Assembly: GCA_947589045.1 (NCBI GenBank)
Contig: CANQBQ010000002.1
Location: forward strand, 76,915-140,914
Source of the DNA: an uncultured Clostridia bacterium
GTDB lineage: Bacteria > Bacillota > Clostridia > Monoglobales > Monoglobaceae
Length of the DNA: 64,000 nt
Reading direction: 5' to 3'
Position 1 is the stretch's first letter. Each line of letters opens with the position of its first letter. The position numbers and the translations under genes are program-made. The notes under the pieces were generated by a model. The model did not search any database, was not told the DNA's origin, and worked only from the letters and a program-made list of their open reading frames with translations. Positions 36,275 through 45,390 of the stretch are shown here, piece after piece.

Positions 36275-36718
36275 GTGAAACGAGTATATGTTAATGAGGA
36301 ATGGTGTCTCGGCTGTCATTTGTGCGAATATTACTGCGCCTTTCAAAACAGCGGCGAGAGCGATATGGTAAAGGCGTTTGGCAGAGACGAAAAACCTGTT
36401 TCAAGGATAAGAGTTGAAGATGTTGACGGCGAGGACGGTATTCATTTCGCAGTATCGTGCCGCCATTGTGATGACCCGCAGTGCGTTAAGGGCTGTATAA
36501 CGGGCGCGCTGTCGATAAAGGACGGAGTTATTTCGGTCAACGAGGACAAGTGCATAGGATGCTGTACCTGCGTGCTGTCCTGCCCGTACGGAGCAATAGT
36601 TATCGACGAGGGCAAGGCAATAAAGAAGTGCGACCTTTGCGTTAAAAACGGCAACGGAGAGCCTGCGTGCGTCGCCAACTGTCCGAACAGGGCAATCGTG
36701 TTTGAGGAAAGGGGTTGA
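36275..36718 (+). CDS. 4Fe-4S dicluster ferredoxin-domain protein
   Basis: 147 aa with CLGCHLCEYYC, CRHCDDPQCVKGC, CIGCCTCVLSCP and CVANCP cysteine clusters. GTG start after GGAGGGG. Confidence 0.85.
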   Translation: MKRVYVNEEWCLGCHLCEYYCAFQNSGESDMVKAFGRDEKPVSRIRVEDVDGEDGIHFAVSCRHCDDPQCVKGCITGALSIKDGVISVNEDKCIGCCTCVLSCPYGAIVIDEGKAIKKCDLCVKNGNGEPACVANCPNRAIVFEERG

Positions 36719-37956
36719 GATTGTTGAATTATGTTATTATCGGAAATTCCGCGGCTGCTGTCGGCGGAATTGAGGGACTACGCTCGGTGGACAAAGAGGG
36801 TAAAATAACCGTAATTTCGGACGAGCCGTATCATACATATTCGCGTCCTCTTATCTCCTACTGGTTGGAAGGCAAGGTAAAGGACAGCAATATATATTAC
36901 AGAGATAAGGATTTTTACGATAAGAATAAGTGCGAAACGATTTTTGGAAGGACAGTCGTTTCTATTGATAAAAACGCAAAACAGGTCATTTTGGACGACA
37001 ATACGTCCGTTTCATATGACAGACTTTTGGTGAGCACGGGTTCCGAGCCCTTTATCCCTTCCATAAGCGGCTTGGAGTCCGTGAGCCAAAAGTATTCGTT
37101 TATGACTTTTGACTCCGCAAAGGAGGTAAAGGCGGCTCTTAAAAAGCCTCAGCGCGTGCTTATTATGGGCGCGGGTCTTATCGGACTTAAGGCGGCTGAG
37201 GCAATAGCCGACAAGGTTTCGTCTCTTACGATAGTTGACCTTGCGGACAGAATTTTGCCGAGCATACTCACCGCCGACGCGGCGCGTATAGTGCAGAAGC
37301 ATATAGAGGCGCACGGGGCGAAGTTCATACTCTCCCAAAGCGTAAAGGAATTTCGCGGCAATACGGCGGTTTTGAGCGGCGGCGACACCGTTGATTTTGA
37401 TATTTTGATTACGGCGGTAGGAGTTCGCCCGAACACTGAGCTCATCTCGGACGCGGGAGGTAAGGTGGCGCGCGGCATTGTTACAAACAAGGCGCAGATG
37501 ACGTCTATTAAGAACGTGTACGCGGCGGGAGACTGCACGGTGAGCCACGATGTTTCGTCGGGCAGTGATAAAATTCTTGCGCTTTTGCCTAACGCGTATA
37601 AGCAGGGTGAGGTTGCCGGAATAAATATGGCGGGCGGAAAGGCGGTTTACGAAAACGCCATACCGATGAACGCTATCGGATTTTTCGGCTTGCATATGAT
37701 TACCGCGGGAAGTTACGAGGGCAAGACACATATCAAAAAGAGCGGCTCGCAGTATAAGTGCATTTATTACAGCGACGATGTTTTAAAGGGATATATTTTA
37801 ATAGGCGACGTCAGCAACGCGGGAATTTACACTAATATGATAAGAGAGAGAATACCGCTTAAGACGGTAGACAAAAAGCTGATGTTTGAAAGCCCGCGGC
37901 TTATGGCTATGCCGTTTGCTTACAGACGCGAAAAGTTGGGAGGTATAAAGCAGTGA
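36715..37956 (+). CDS. FAD/NAD(P)-dependent pyridine nucleotide-disulfide-family oxidoreductase
   Basis: VIIGNSAAAVGG and LIMGAGLIGLKAAE dinucleotide-binding motifs, plus YAAGDC. The start is ambiguous among TTG 36715, 36721 and 36724. Confidence 0.85.
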   Translation: MRLLNYVIIGNSAAAVGGIEGLRSVDKEGKITVISDEPYHTYSRPLISYWLEGKVKDSNIYYRDKDFYDKNKCETIFGRTVVSIDKNAKQVILDDNTSVSYDRLLVSTGSEPFIPSISGLESVSQKYSFMTFDSAKEVKAALKKPQRVLIMGAGLIGLKAAEAIADKVSSLTIVDLADRILPSILTADAARIVQKHIEAHGAKFILSQSVKEFRGNTAVLSGGDTVDFDILITAVGVRPNTELISDAGGKVARGIVTNKAQMTSIKNVYAAGDCTVSHDVSSGSDKILALLPNAYKQGEVAGINMAGGKAVYENAIPMNAIGFFGLHMITAGSYEGKTHIKKSGSQYKCIYYSDDVLKGYILIGDVSNAGIYTNMIRERIPLKTVDKKLMFESPRLMAMPFAYRREKLGGIKQ

Positions 37957-38675
37957 TTGACGCAACTTCACTTGACCTTTTCGAGCTTAACAGAAAAATT
38001 AAGAGCGTAAAGGGGCGCAAAATAGTAATAAATAATGTTTTGGGGCAGAGATTTATAGGCAGCGGAGTTGAGGACAAAAAGAGTATTGAGATTTACGGAA
38101 CTCCGGGCAACGCGCTCGGCGCATACCTGAACAACTGTGATATAACGGTTTACGGTAACGCGCAGGACGCGATAGGCGACACTATGAACAGCGGCAGTAT
38201 TACGGTCTACGGAAACAGCGGCGACGCTACGGGATACGCGATGCGAGGCGGTCTTATTATGATAAAGGGCAGTATAGGCTATCGCGGAGGAATACATATG
38301 AAGGAGTACCGTGAGCATAAGCCGGTAATTACGGTCGGCGGCTGTGCGGGTAACTTTCTCGGAGAATACCAGGCGGGCGGAATTATACTCGTTCTCGGTA
38401 TAGGCAGCGAGGACAAAGTGCCAATAGGTCACTATTGCGGCACGGGTATGCACGGCGGAGTTATTTACGTGCGAAGCCGTTTCAGACCCAAGCATTTCCC
38501 GCCGCAGGTTTTGGTTGAGGAATGTGACGAGCAGGACGCAAAGGTTATTGAAAAATATGTGCGTCTTTATGCCGAGCGTTTTAACGCGGACGCGGAGCGG
38601 CTTATCAATTCGGAATACTATAAATTGGTTCCCAATGCAAAAAATCCTTATAAACAACTTTACACGAACAATTAA
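37953..38675 (+). CDS. glutamate synthase domain-3-like (GXGXG beta-helix) protein
   Basis: 240 aa. Repeated G-x-x-G turns (GTPGNALGAYL, VYGNAQDAIGDTM, VYGNSGDATGYAM, GSIGYRGG) are typical of the GltS C-terminal domain. The GTG start overlaps the upstream stop. Confidence 0.85.
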   Translation: MIDATSLDLFELNRKIKSVKGRKIVINNVLGQRFIGSGVEDKKSIEIYGTPGNALGAYLNNCDITVYGNAQDAIGDTMNSGSITVYGNSGDATGYAMRGGLIMIKGSIGYRGGIHMKEYREHKPVITVGGCAGNFLGEYQAGGIILVLGIGSEDKVPIGHYCGTGMHGGVIYVRSRFRPKHFPPQVLVEECDEQDAKVIEKYVRLYAERFNADAERLINSEYYKLVPNAKNPYKQLYTNN

Positions 38676-38682
38676 ATGTGTT

Positions 38683-38719
38683 AAAATATAGATTAGTCTT
38701 TGGCTAATCTATATTTTTT
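38683..38719 (+). terminator. AT-rich intrinsic terminator-like hairpin between the glutamate synthase genes and glnA
   Basis: 12-bp stem AATATAGATTAG (38685-38696) / CTAATCTATATT (38704-38715) with a 7-nt loop, a T-run to 38719 and an A-run on the left. Confidence 0.55.
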
Positions 38720-38749
38720 CGGAAATACAAAGACGAAAGGATAATTGAT

Positions 38750-40036
38750 ATGATGCGGGATAAAAACGAAGTAATTGAATTTGTGAATGAAAACGATATA
38801 AAGTTTATTCGTATGCAGTACTGCGACATAATGGGGCACAGCAAAAATGTTGCCGTTGTTGACAGTATGCTCGAAAATGCCTTTGATAACGGTGTTTCCT
38901 TCGATAACTTCAGCAAAAAGAGCTTTTTGAGCGACACGGGTGAGGAGCTTTATCTGCATCCGCAGGCAAAGACGTTCAGAATTTTGCCGTGGCGTCCTCA
39001 GCAGGGCGGCGTGGCAAGACTGCTGTGCGACATACGCCACGCGGACGGCACTCCGTTTGAGGGGGATTCGCGCAATTTGCTCCGCGAGACAATAAACCGT
39101 GCAAAAAAGGAAGGCTATACATTCGAGATAGGCATTGACAGCGAATTTTTCCTGTTTGAAACCGACGAAAACGGCGAGCCTATGTTCAATAAGCCGATAG
39201 ACAACGCGGGCTACGGCGACCTTTCGCCCTACGACAAGGGGGAAAACATCAGGCGCGACATATGCCTTATGCTTGAAAAAATGGAATATAACATTGAAAC
39301 CTCGCATCACGAGTCCGCGCACGGTCAGCACGAGATAGGTTTTCGCGGTGCGTCCGCGCTTCACGCGATAGACGATTTCCTGACCTTTAAAATGGCGGTT
39401 AAGACGGTCGCGCAGAGCGACGGATTTTTCGCGAGCTTTATGCCCAAGCCCTCGCATAAAGACGCAGGTTCGGGTATGTCGCTTAAAATAGAAATTTATA
39501 AAAACGGCGAGCGTATCACCGAGGCAAAGAATATGTCGGATGACGCAAAGAGCTTTGCAGAGGGAGTTTTGTGCCGCCTTGCCGACTTCTCGGTTATTAC
39601 AAATTCTTCGGTAAATTCGTATAAGCGTCTTATCGACAGGGAAAACGCTCCGGCTATGATAGGCTGGTCGAGCGTGAGCAGTCTTGCCGCTCTCAAAATT
39701 CCCGCGCCAGACAGCCGCTTTGACGGTATAATGCTCCGAAGCCCCGACGCGTCCTGCAATCCCTACCTTGCGCTCACGATGATAATTGAGGCGGGTATGG
39801 ACGGAATAAGAAGCGGCGCGAAGCTGAGAAAAAGCATTGAGGAGAGCGGAGAGACCGAGTATCTCCCGATGTCGCTGGAGAGCGCTCTTGCGAGATTTGA
39901 AAACGACGAATTTTCGCGAAATATATTGGGCGACTATATTTACCGCAGATTTTTAAGGATTGAGAAAAATTCGTGGGAAGAATACTCAAGGCTTATTCAC
40001 GAGTGGGAATACAGCAGCCATATACTGAATTTCTGA
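38750..40036 (+). CDS. glnA: glutamine synthetase (type I-like, short form)
   Basis: 428 aa. IKFIRMQYCDIMG, FEIGIDSEFFLF, EKMEYNIETSHHESAHGQHEI and NSYKRL motifs match the GS beta-grasp and catalytic domains. Confidence 0.9.
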   Translation: MMRDKNEVIEFVNENDIKFIRMQYCDIMGHSKNVAVVDSMLENAFDNGVSFDNFSKKSFLSDTGEELYLHPQAKTFRILPWRPQQGGVARLLCDIRHADGTPFEGDSRNLLRETINRAKKEGYTFEIGIDSEFFLFETDENGEPMFNKPIDNAGYGDLSPYDKGENIRRDICLMLEKMEYNIETSHHESAHGQHEIGFRGASALHAIDDFLTFKMAVKTVAQSDGFFASFMPKPSHKDAGSGMSLKIEIYKNGERITEAKNMSDDAKSFAEGVLCRLADFSVITNSSVNSYKRLIDRENAPAMIGWSSVSSLAALKIPAPDSRFDGIMLRSPDASCNPYLALTMIIEAGMDGIRSGAKLRKSIEESGETEYLPMSLESALARFENDEFSRNILGDYIYRRFLRIEKNSWEEYSRLIHEWEYSSHILNF

Positions 40037-40058
40037 AATTTTCCGTCGGTGATTTGAT

Positions 40059-40625
40059 ATGAGAATAATGATTGCCTGCAAGCAGGGGGAAGCGAGCGAC
40101 TCCCTGTGCAAGATTATAAATGGTATAAAAAACGCGCAGACCGACGTATCCTCCTCGTCGAGCGAGGTACGGCGCAAGCTGCAATACATTTCATACGATA
40201 TTATAATAGTTAACACTCCACTTTCTGACGAGTTTGGGCTGGATTTGGTGTTCGACTTTTCGGACACCCTGGATTCGGCATTTGTCGTGCTTGTCAAAAA
40301 CGACATAGCCGACCAGGTAGAGTACAAGTTGCGCGACACTTCGGCGTTCGTGGTGCCTAAGCCCGTAAATCCGCGTGCGCTTCAGCAGAACATCCGCTTT
40401 GTTTCCAAGGCAGGGCAAAAGCTCGAAAAGCTGAGGGCGCGCAACGAACAGCTTATAAAGAAGATTGAGGATATGAAAATTATTGACAGGGCAAAATGCT
40501 GTCTTGTGGCAAGTCTTTCAATGACCGAGGAGGAGGCGCACCGGCATATCCAGAAGCGTTCAATGGATTTGCGTATAACTCCGAAGGAGGTCGCGGAGAG
40601 TATTTTAAAGGAGTACTTCAATTAA
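40059..40625 (+). CDS. ANTAR-domain RNA-binding antiterminator with a degenerate (pseudo-)receiver domain
   Basis: The C-terminal IEDMKIIDRAKCCLVASLSMTEEEAHRHIQKRSMDLRITPKEVAESIL is an ANTAR domain. The N-terminal CheY-like fold lacks the acidic pocket: IACKQ replaces the DD pair, and IIIVNTPL puts Asn at the phospho-acceptor position. Confidence 0.85.
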   Translation: MRIMIACKQGEASDSLCKIINGIKNAQTDVSSSSSEVRRKLQYISYDIIIVNTPLSDEFGLDLVFDFSDTLDSAFVVLVKNDIADQVEYKLRDTSAFVVPKPVNPRALQQNIRFVSKAGQKLEKLRARNEQLIKKIEDMKIIDRAKCCLVASLSMTEEEAHRHIQKRSMDLRITPKEVAESILKEYFN

Positions 40626-40637
40626 GGAGGATAAGAT

Positions 40638-41480
40638 ATGAAATTCACGAAAATGCACGGAACAGGAAACTGTTATATATATGTAAACTGTTTTGAGGAG
40701 AAAATCGACGACCCCGCGAAGCTGTCCGAGTTTGTGTCTGACGTTCACTTCGGAATAGGCGCGGACGGGCTTGTTATGATTTGTCCTTCCGATAAGGCGG
40801 ATTTTAAAATGCGTATTTTCAACGCCGACGGTTCGGAGGCGCAGATGTGCGGAAATGCGTCGCGCTGTGTCGGAAAGTATGTTTACGACAAGGGGCTTAC
40901 CGATAAAACAGAGATAACGCTTGAAACTCTGAGCGGAATTAAGATTTTAAAGCTCGACGTCAAGGACGGAAAGACGGAGTATGTGACGGTCGATATGGGA
41001 AAAGCCGAGACGACCCCGCGCAAAATTCCGATAGACGCGGACGGCGACAGCTTTATCTCGGTACCCGTCAATGTGGCCGGCGATACCTATAAAATTACGG
41101 GCGTATCTATGGGAAATCCGCACGCGGTAGTTTATATGGACGACATCGACTCGCTTCCGCTCGAAAAGCTGGGACCCGAGTTTGAAAATCACAAGCTGTT
41201 CCCCGAACGCATAAATACCGAGTTCATAGAGGTTGTCGACGAGAATACGCTGAAAATGCGAGTGTGGGAGCGCGGCAGCGGCGAGACGTGGGCTTGCGGC
41301 ACGGGCGCGTGTGCGGCTGTGGTGGCAAGCGTTTTGAACGGCTACTGCAAGCGCAATTCGGAGGTCACTGTGCATCTGCGCGGCGGCGACCTTAAAATCA
41401 CTTATCTGACCGACGGCAGAGTGATAAAAAAAGGACCCGCGGCGTTTGTGTGCGACGGCGTTTTATTTGAGAATGATTAA
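40638..41480 (+). CDS. dapF: diaminopimelate epimerase
   Basis: MKFTKMHGTGNCYIYV, NADGSEAQMCGNASRC and ETWACGTGACA carry the two catalytic Cys motifs. Confidence 0.93.
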   Translation: MKFTKMHGTGNCYIYVNCFEEKIDDPAKLSEFVSDVHFGIGADGLVMICPSDKADFKMRIFNADGSEAQMCGNASRCVGKYVYDKGLTDKTEITLETLSGIKILKLDVKDGKTEYVTVDMGKAETTPRKIPIDADGDSFISVPVNVAGDTYKITGVSMGNPHAVVYMDDIDSLPLEKLGPEFENHKLFPERINTEFIEVVDENTLKMRVWERGSGETWACGTGACAAVVASVLNGYCKRNSEVTVHLRGGDLKITYLTDGRVIKKGPAAFVCDGVLFEND

Positions 41481-41518
41481 GTTAACATAAATAAAAAACG
41501 GAAAGGAAGAGAGTTTAT

Positions 41519-42751
41519 ATGAAAGCCAATGAAAATTATTTGAATGTGAAAGAGAGCTATCTGTTTTCGGACATAGCGAAGCGGGTAAACAATTTTATGG
41601 AGGAAAATCCCGACAAAAAGGATAAGGTGATCCGTCTGGGAATAGGCGATGTGACGCTTCCGCTCGCGCCCGTTGTGGTTGAAGCTATGACCAAGGCTGT
41701 TGCGGAGATGGGAGTTAAGGAGACGTTCAGAGGATACGGACCCGAGCAGGGCTATGACTTTCTGCGCGATAAAATCGTCGAGTATTATAAGAAAAACATA
41801 ATAAGCATAGAGGCGGATGAGGTATTCATCAGCGACGGCGCAAAGAGCGACGTCGGCAACATAACCGATTTGTTCGACAAGGAAAACACGGTTATGATAC
41901 CCGACCCCGTATATCCCGTCTATGTTGATACCAATATAATGAACGGAAGAAAAATCATATTTTTGAACGCGACAAAGGAAAATGATTTTTGCCCGACCCC
42001 GACCGGCGAAAAAGCGGATATAATTTATCTCTGCTCGCCCAACAACCCGACGGGAGCGGTTTACACCAAAGAAAAGCTGCGTCAGTGGGTGGATTACGCA
42101 CTCGCAAACGATGCGATAATTTTGTTTGACGCGGCATATGAGCTGTTCATAACCGATGACGACCTCCCGAGGAGCATTTACGAAATTGACGGAGCAAAGC
42201 GTTGTGCGATAGAGTTCTGCTCCCTTTCAAAGACCGCAGGCTTTACGGGTACGCGCTGCGGCTATACCATAGTTCCGCACGACCTAAAGGTCAAGAAGTC
42301 GAAAATTTTAAGCCGCAGGAGCGAGGGCGACATAAGCCTTAACAAGCTGTGGCTCAGACGTCAGACGACTAAGTTCAACGGCGTTTCGTATATAGTTCAG
42401 CGCGGCGCGGAGGCTGTGTTTACCGAGGAAGGTCAGAAGCAGATACGTGAAAACCTCGGCTATTATCAGCAGAATGCAAAGGTTATTGCCGACACTATGA
42501 CCGAGCTTGGAATAGAGTTTGCGGGCGGTATAAACTCTCCGTATATTTGGCTCAAATGCCCCAATCATATGGGTTCGTGGGAATTTTTTGACTACCTGCT
42601 CGAAAATATTATGGTTGTAGGCACTCCGGGCGCGGGCTTCGGCAAGAACGGCGAGGGTTATTTCAGACTTACATCGTTCGGCGATAAAGACAAGACCGTT
42701 GAGGCGATGAAGCGCTTTAAGGCACTTTTTTCGGTCAGCAACGAGGAATAA
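41519..42751 (+). CDS. dapL: LL-diaminopimelate aminotransferase
   Basis: 410 aa. NENYLNVKESYLFSDIAKRV...IRLGIGDVTLPL and SLSKTAGFTGTRCGY (PLP Lys) are typical of DapL. Adjacent to dapF. Confidence 0.9.
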   Translation: MKANENYLNVKESYLFSDIAKRVNNFMEENPDKKDKVIRLGIGDVTLPLAPVVVEAMTKAVAEMGVKETFRGYGPEQGYDFLRDKIVEYYKKNIISIEADEVFISDGAKSDVGNITDLFDKENTVMIPDPVYPVYVDTNIMNGRKIIFLNATKENDFCPTPTGEKADIIYLCSPNNPTGAVYTKEKLRQWVDYALANDAIILFDAAYELFITDDDLPRSIYEIDGAKRCAIEFCSLSKTAGFTGTRCGYTIVPHDLKVKKSKILSRRSEGDISLNKLWLRRQTTKFNGVSYIVQRGAEAVFTEEGQKQIRENLGYYQQNAKVIADTMTELGIEFAGGINSPYIWLKCPNHMGSWEFFDYLLENIMVVGTPGAGFGKNGEGYFRLTSFGDKDKTVEAMKRFKALFSVSNEE

Positions 42752-42781
42752 CAGAGAAAATATATAAAAATTGAATTTTAT

Positions 42782-42812
42782 AAATACCTGTCGGCGACGG
42801 GTATTTATTTTG
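42782..42812 (+). terminator. intrinsic terminator after dapL
   Basis: 11-bp stem 42782-42792 / 42796-42806 (one G-U pair) followed by ATTTATTTT. Confidence 0.6.
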
Positions 42813-42870
42813 CGTTCAGAACAAAAAAAGTCAATCGGCATATAATAATTCAAAAAGGAGGTAGAACATT

Positions 42871-44712
42871 ATGTGCGGAATTGCAGGTTGGCTTAACTAT
42901 GACGAAAATATTTCCCGTAACGAGCGCGTAATAGAGAAAATGTGGGACACCTTACGGCGGCGCGGTCCCGACTCGTCGGGCAAATACATAGAAGAAAACG
43001 TGTGCCTTTTGCACAGAAGACTTGCGGTGGTTGACATAAAGAACGGCAACCAGCCCATGATAAAGACGGTCGGCGGTAAAACCTATATAATAGTTTATAA
43101 CGGTGAGCTTTACAACACAAACAGAATACGCGAGGCTCTTGAGGCGGAGAATTATGAGTTTGAGGGACATTCGGACACCGAGGTGCTTTTGTATTCGTAT
43201 ATAGAGTGGGGCGAACGGTGCGTGGAACGCTTCAACGGAATATACGCATTCGCGATTTACGACAAGGACGAGAGAAAGCTGTTTTTTGCGCGTGACAGAG
43301 CGGGCGTAAAGCCGTTTTTCTATAATATAAGCGGCAGGGATTTTGTTTTCGGCTCGGAAATTAAAACTCTGCTTGAAAATCCGTGTGTGAGCCGCGACGT
43401 AAGCCGAGAGGGTGTTGCGGAGGTGTTTCTGATAGGTCCCGGCAGAACTCCGGGAGCTACCGCGTTTTGCGACGTGGAGGAGCTTTGCCCGGGCTGGTGC
43501 GGAACATTCACCGAGAGCGGGCTGAGCGTGTGGCAGTACTGGAAGCTGGAGGCGCACGAACATACCGATTCTTTTGACGAAACGTGCGACAAGATAAGAT
43601 TTTTGCTTGAGGACTCCATTTCGAGGCAGCTTGTTTCGGATGTGCCGCTGTGCTGTTTCCTTTCGGGCGGACTCGATTCAAGCATAATTTCTTCGGTTGC
43701 TGCCCGCAAATTCCGCGAGGAGGGACGCGAAAAGCTGGTTACATATTCGGTCGATTACGTGGATAATGACAAATATTTTCAGGCAAACAGTTTTCAGCCC
43801 AACCGAGACGACTATTTTATAGATTTAATGGTAAATGATATAAATTCAGACCACCGAAAGGTTATTTTGGATAACAAGTCGGTGGCAAACGCTCTGGATG
43901 ACGCCGTGCTTGCGCGCGACCTGCCGGGAATGGCGGATGTCGATTCGTCGCTCCTGCTGTTTTGCAGGGCTGTAAAACACACACATACCGTGGTTTTATC
44001 AGGCGAATGCTCAGATGAAATCTTCGGTGGTTATCCGTGGTACCACAATCCCAAAGTGCTGAACAGAGACGATTTTCCGTGGGGCGGCAACACAGAGCTT
44101 AAAGCAAAGCTGATAAGCTCGGAGCTTTTGACCTTTGACCCGAACGACTTTGTACGTCAGAGGTATCTCGACACTATAAATTCCGCACCGAAGCTGAGCG
44201 GAGATTCCGATGTTGACAGACGGATAAGAGAGATGTATATTCTTAATATAAACTGGTTTATGCAGACTCTTCTTGACCGCAAGGACAGAATGAGTATGTA
44301 CAGCGGTCTGGAGGTGCGCGTGCCGTTTTGCGACCACAGAATTTTGGAGTATGCCTACAATATTCCGTGGGATGTAAAAAGCTGCGGCGGTCGTGAAAAG
44401 GGTATGCTGAGAAGGGCATTTTCGGGAATTTTGCCCGACGAGATAACAGAGCGCAAAAAGAGCCCTTATCCCAAGACGCACAACCCCGTCTATATGAGAG
44501 CCGTGACCGAAAAAATGAAAAACGTGATTAAAAATCCCGCTTCTCCGATTTTTGAAATTGCGGACAGGAAAAACTTAGAGAGCCTTGTTGAGAGCGGCGG
44601 CTCGGAATTTAAAGTGCCGTGGTACGGTCAGCTTATGGACGGTCCTCAGATTTTGGCATATATGTATATGATAAATTCGTGGATGCAGGAGTATAAGGTA
44701 AATATAGTCTGA
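42871..44712 (+). CDS. asnB: asparagine synthase (glutamine-hydrolysing)
   Basis: MCGIAGW N-terminal nucleophile and the SGGLDSS PP-loop, 613 aa. GGAGG RBS. Confidence 0.93.
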   Translation: MCGIAGWLNYDENISRNERVIEKMWDTLRRRGPDSSGKYIEENVCLLHRRLAVVDIKNGNQPMIKTVGGKTYIIVYNGELYNTNRIREALEAENYEFEGHSDTEVLLYSYIEWGERCVERFNGIYAFAIYDKDERKLFFARDRAGVKPFFYNISGRDFVFGSEIKTLLENPCVSRDVSREGVAEVFLIGPGRTPGATAFCDVEELCPGWCGTFTESGLSVWQYWKLEAHEHTDSFDETCDKIRFLLEDSISRQLVSDVPLCCFLSGGLDSSIISSVAARKFREEGREKLVTYSVDYVDNDKYFQANSFQPNRDDYFIDLMVNDINSDHRKVILDNKSVANALDDAVLARDLPGMADVDSSLLLFCRAVKHTHTVVLSGECSDEIFGGYPWYHNPKVLNRDDFPWGGNTELKAKLISSELLTFDPNDFVRQRYLDTINSAPKLSGDSDVDRRIREMYILNINWFMQTLLDRKDRMSMYSGLEVRVPFCDHRILEYAYNIPWDVKSCGGREKGMLRRAFSGILPDEITERKKSPYPKTHNPVYMRAVTEKMKNVIKNPASPIFEIADRKNLESLVESGGSEFKVPWYGQLMDGPQILAYMYMINSWMQEYKVNIV

Positions 44713-44747
44713 CAAAAATTTGCAAAATTTACAAAAGAGGTGGGAAA

Positions 44748-45227
44748 ATGGCGGAGCATAATATTTTTCCGATATTTGACCAAAATTCAAAAATTCTGAT
44801 ACTCGGCTCGTTCCCGAGCGTTAAGTCGAGGGAGGCGCGCTTTTTCTATCACCACCCGCAAAACAGATTTTGGCGGGTGCTGGCACAGGTTTTGAAATGC
44901 CCCGAGCCGCAAACTATAGGTGAAAAGAAAGATCTTCTGCTGTCTCACGGTATTGCGCTGTGGGACGTTATAAAGTCCTGCGACATAGACGGCAGCAGCG
45001 ACAGTTCGATACGAAATGTCAGTGTTAATGACATAGGTATGATTTTGTCGGCAGCGCCGATAAAGCGTATATTTGTAAACGGAGCGACTGCCGAAAAGCT
45101 GTATAAAAAGCATTGTGTCGGGCTTCCCGCTCCGATACGCCTGCCGTCCACCAGTTCTGCAAACGCCGCATTCTCGCTGTCGCGGCTCGTCGGGGAGTGG
45201 AGCGTTATAGCCGATTATTTGATATGA
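44748..45227 (+). CDS. UDG-superfamily DNA glycosylase (DNA-deoxyinosine/hypoxanthine glycosylase-like)
   Basis: 159 aa. ILILGSFPSVKSREARFFYHHPQNRFW is typical of family-6-like UDGs. Confidence 0.8.
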   Translation: MAEHNIFPIFDQNSKILILGSFPSVKSREARFFYHHPQNRFWRVLAQVLKCPEPQTIGEKKDLLLSHGIALWDVIKSCDIDGSSDSSIRNVSVNDIGMILSAAPIKRIFVNGATAEKLYKKHCVGLPAPIRLPSTSSANAAFSLSRLVGEWSVIADYLI

Positions 45228-45254
45228 CCGCCGCCTACTCGGGCGGCGGCTTTT
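45228..45254 (+). terminator. intrinsic terminator
   Basis: GC stem CCGCCGCC (45228-45235) / GGCGGCGG (45242-45249) followed by CTTTT. Confidence 0.8.
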
Positions 45255-45294
45255 GCCGCTGAATAAGGTATTTTGGCGGATATGAAAATAGGTA

Positions 45295-45323
45295 TTGAAA
45301 TTTTGTGTTATATTTGGTAAAAT
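45295..45323 (+). promoter_or_regulatory. sigma-A promoter (extended -10) of the gdpP-rplI-dnaB operon
   Basis: TTGAAA (45295-45300), 17 nt, TGgTAAAAT (45315-45323). Confidence 0.55.
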
Positions 45324-45390
45324 ATATTATCAATGTTATTTTGGTGACGCTGATGAAAATAAACGCTTTAAGCGGAAAGGAGAGGTAAAT

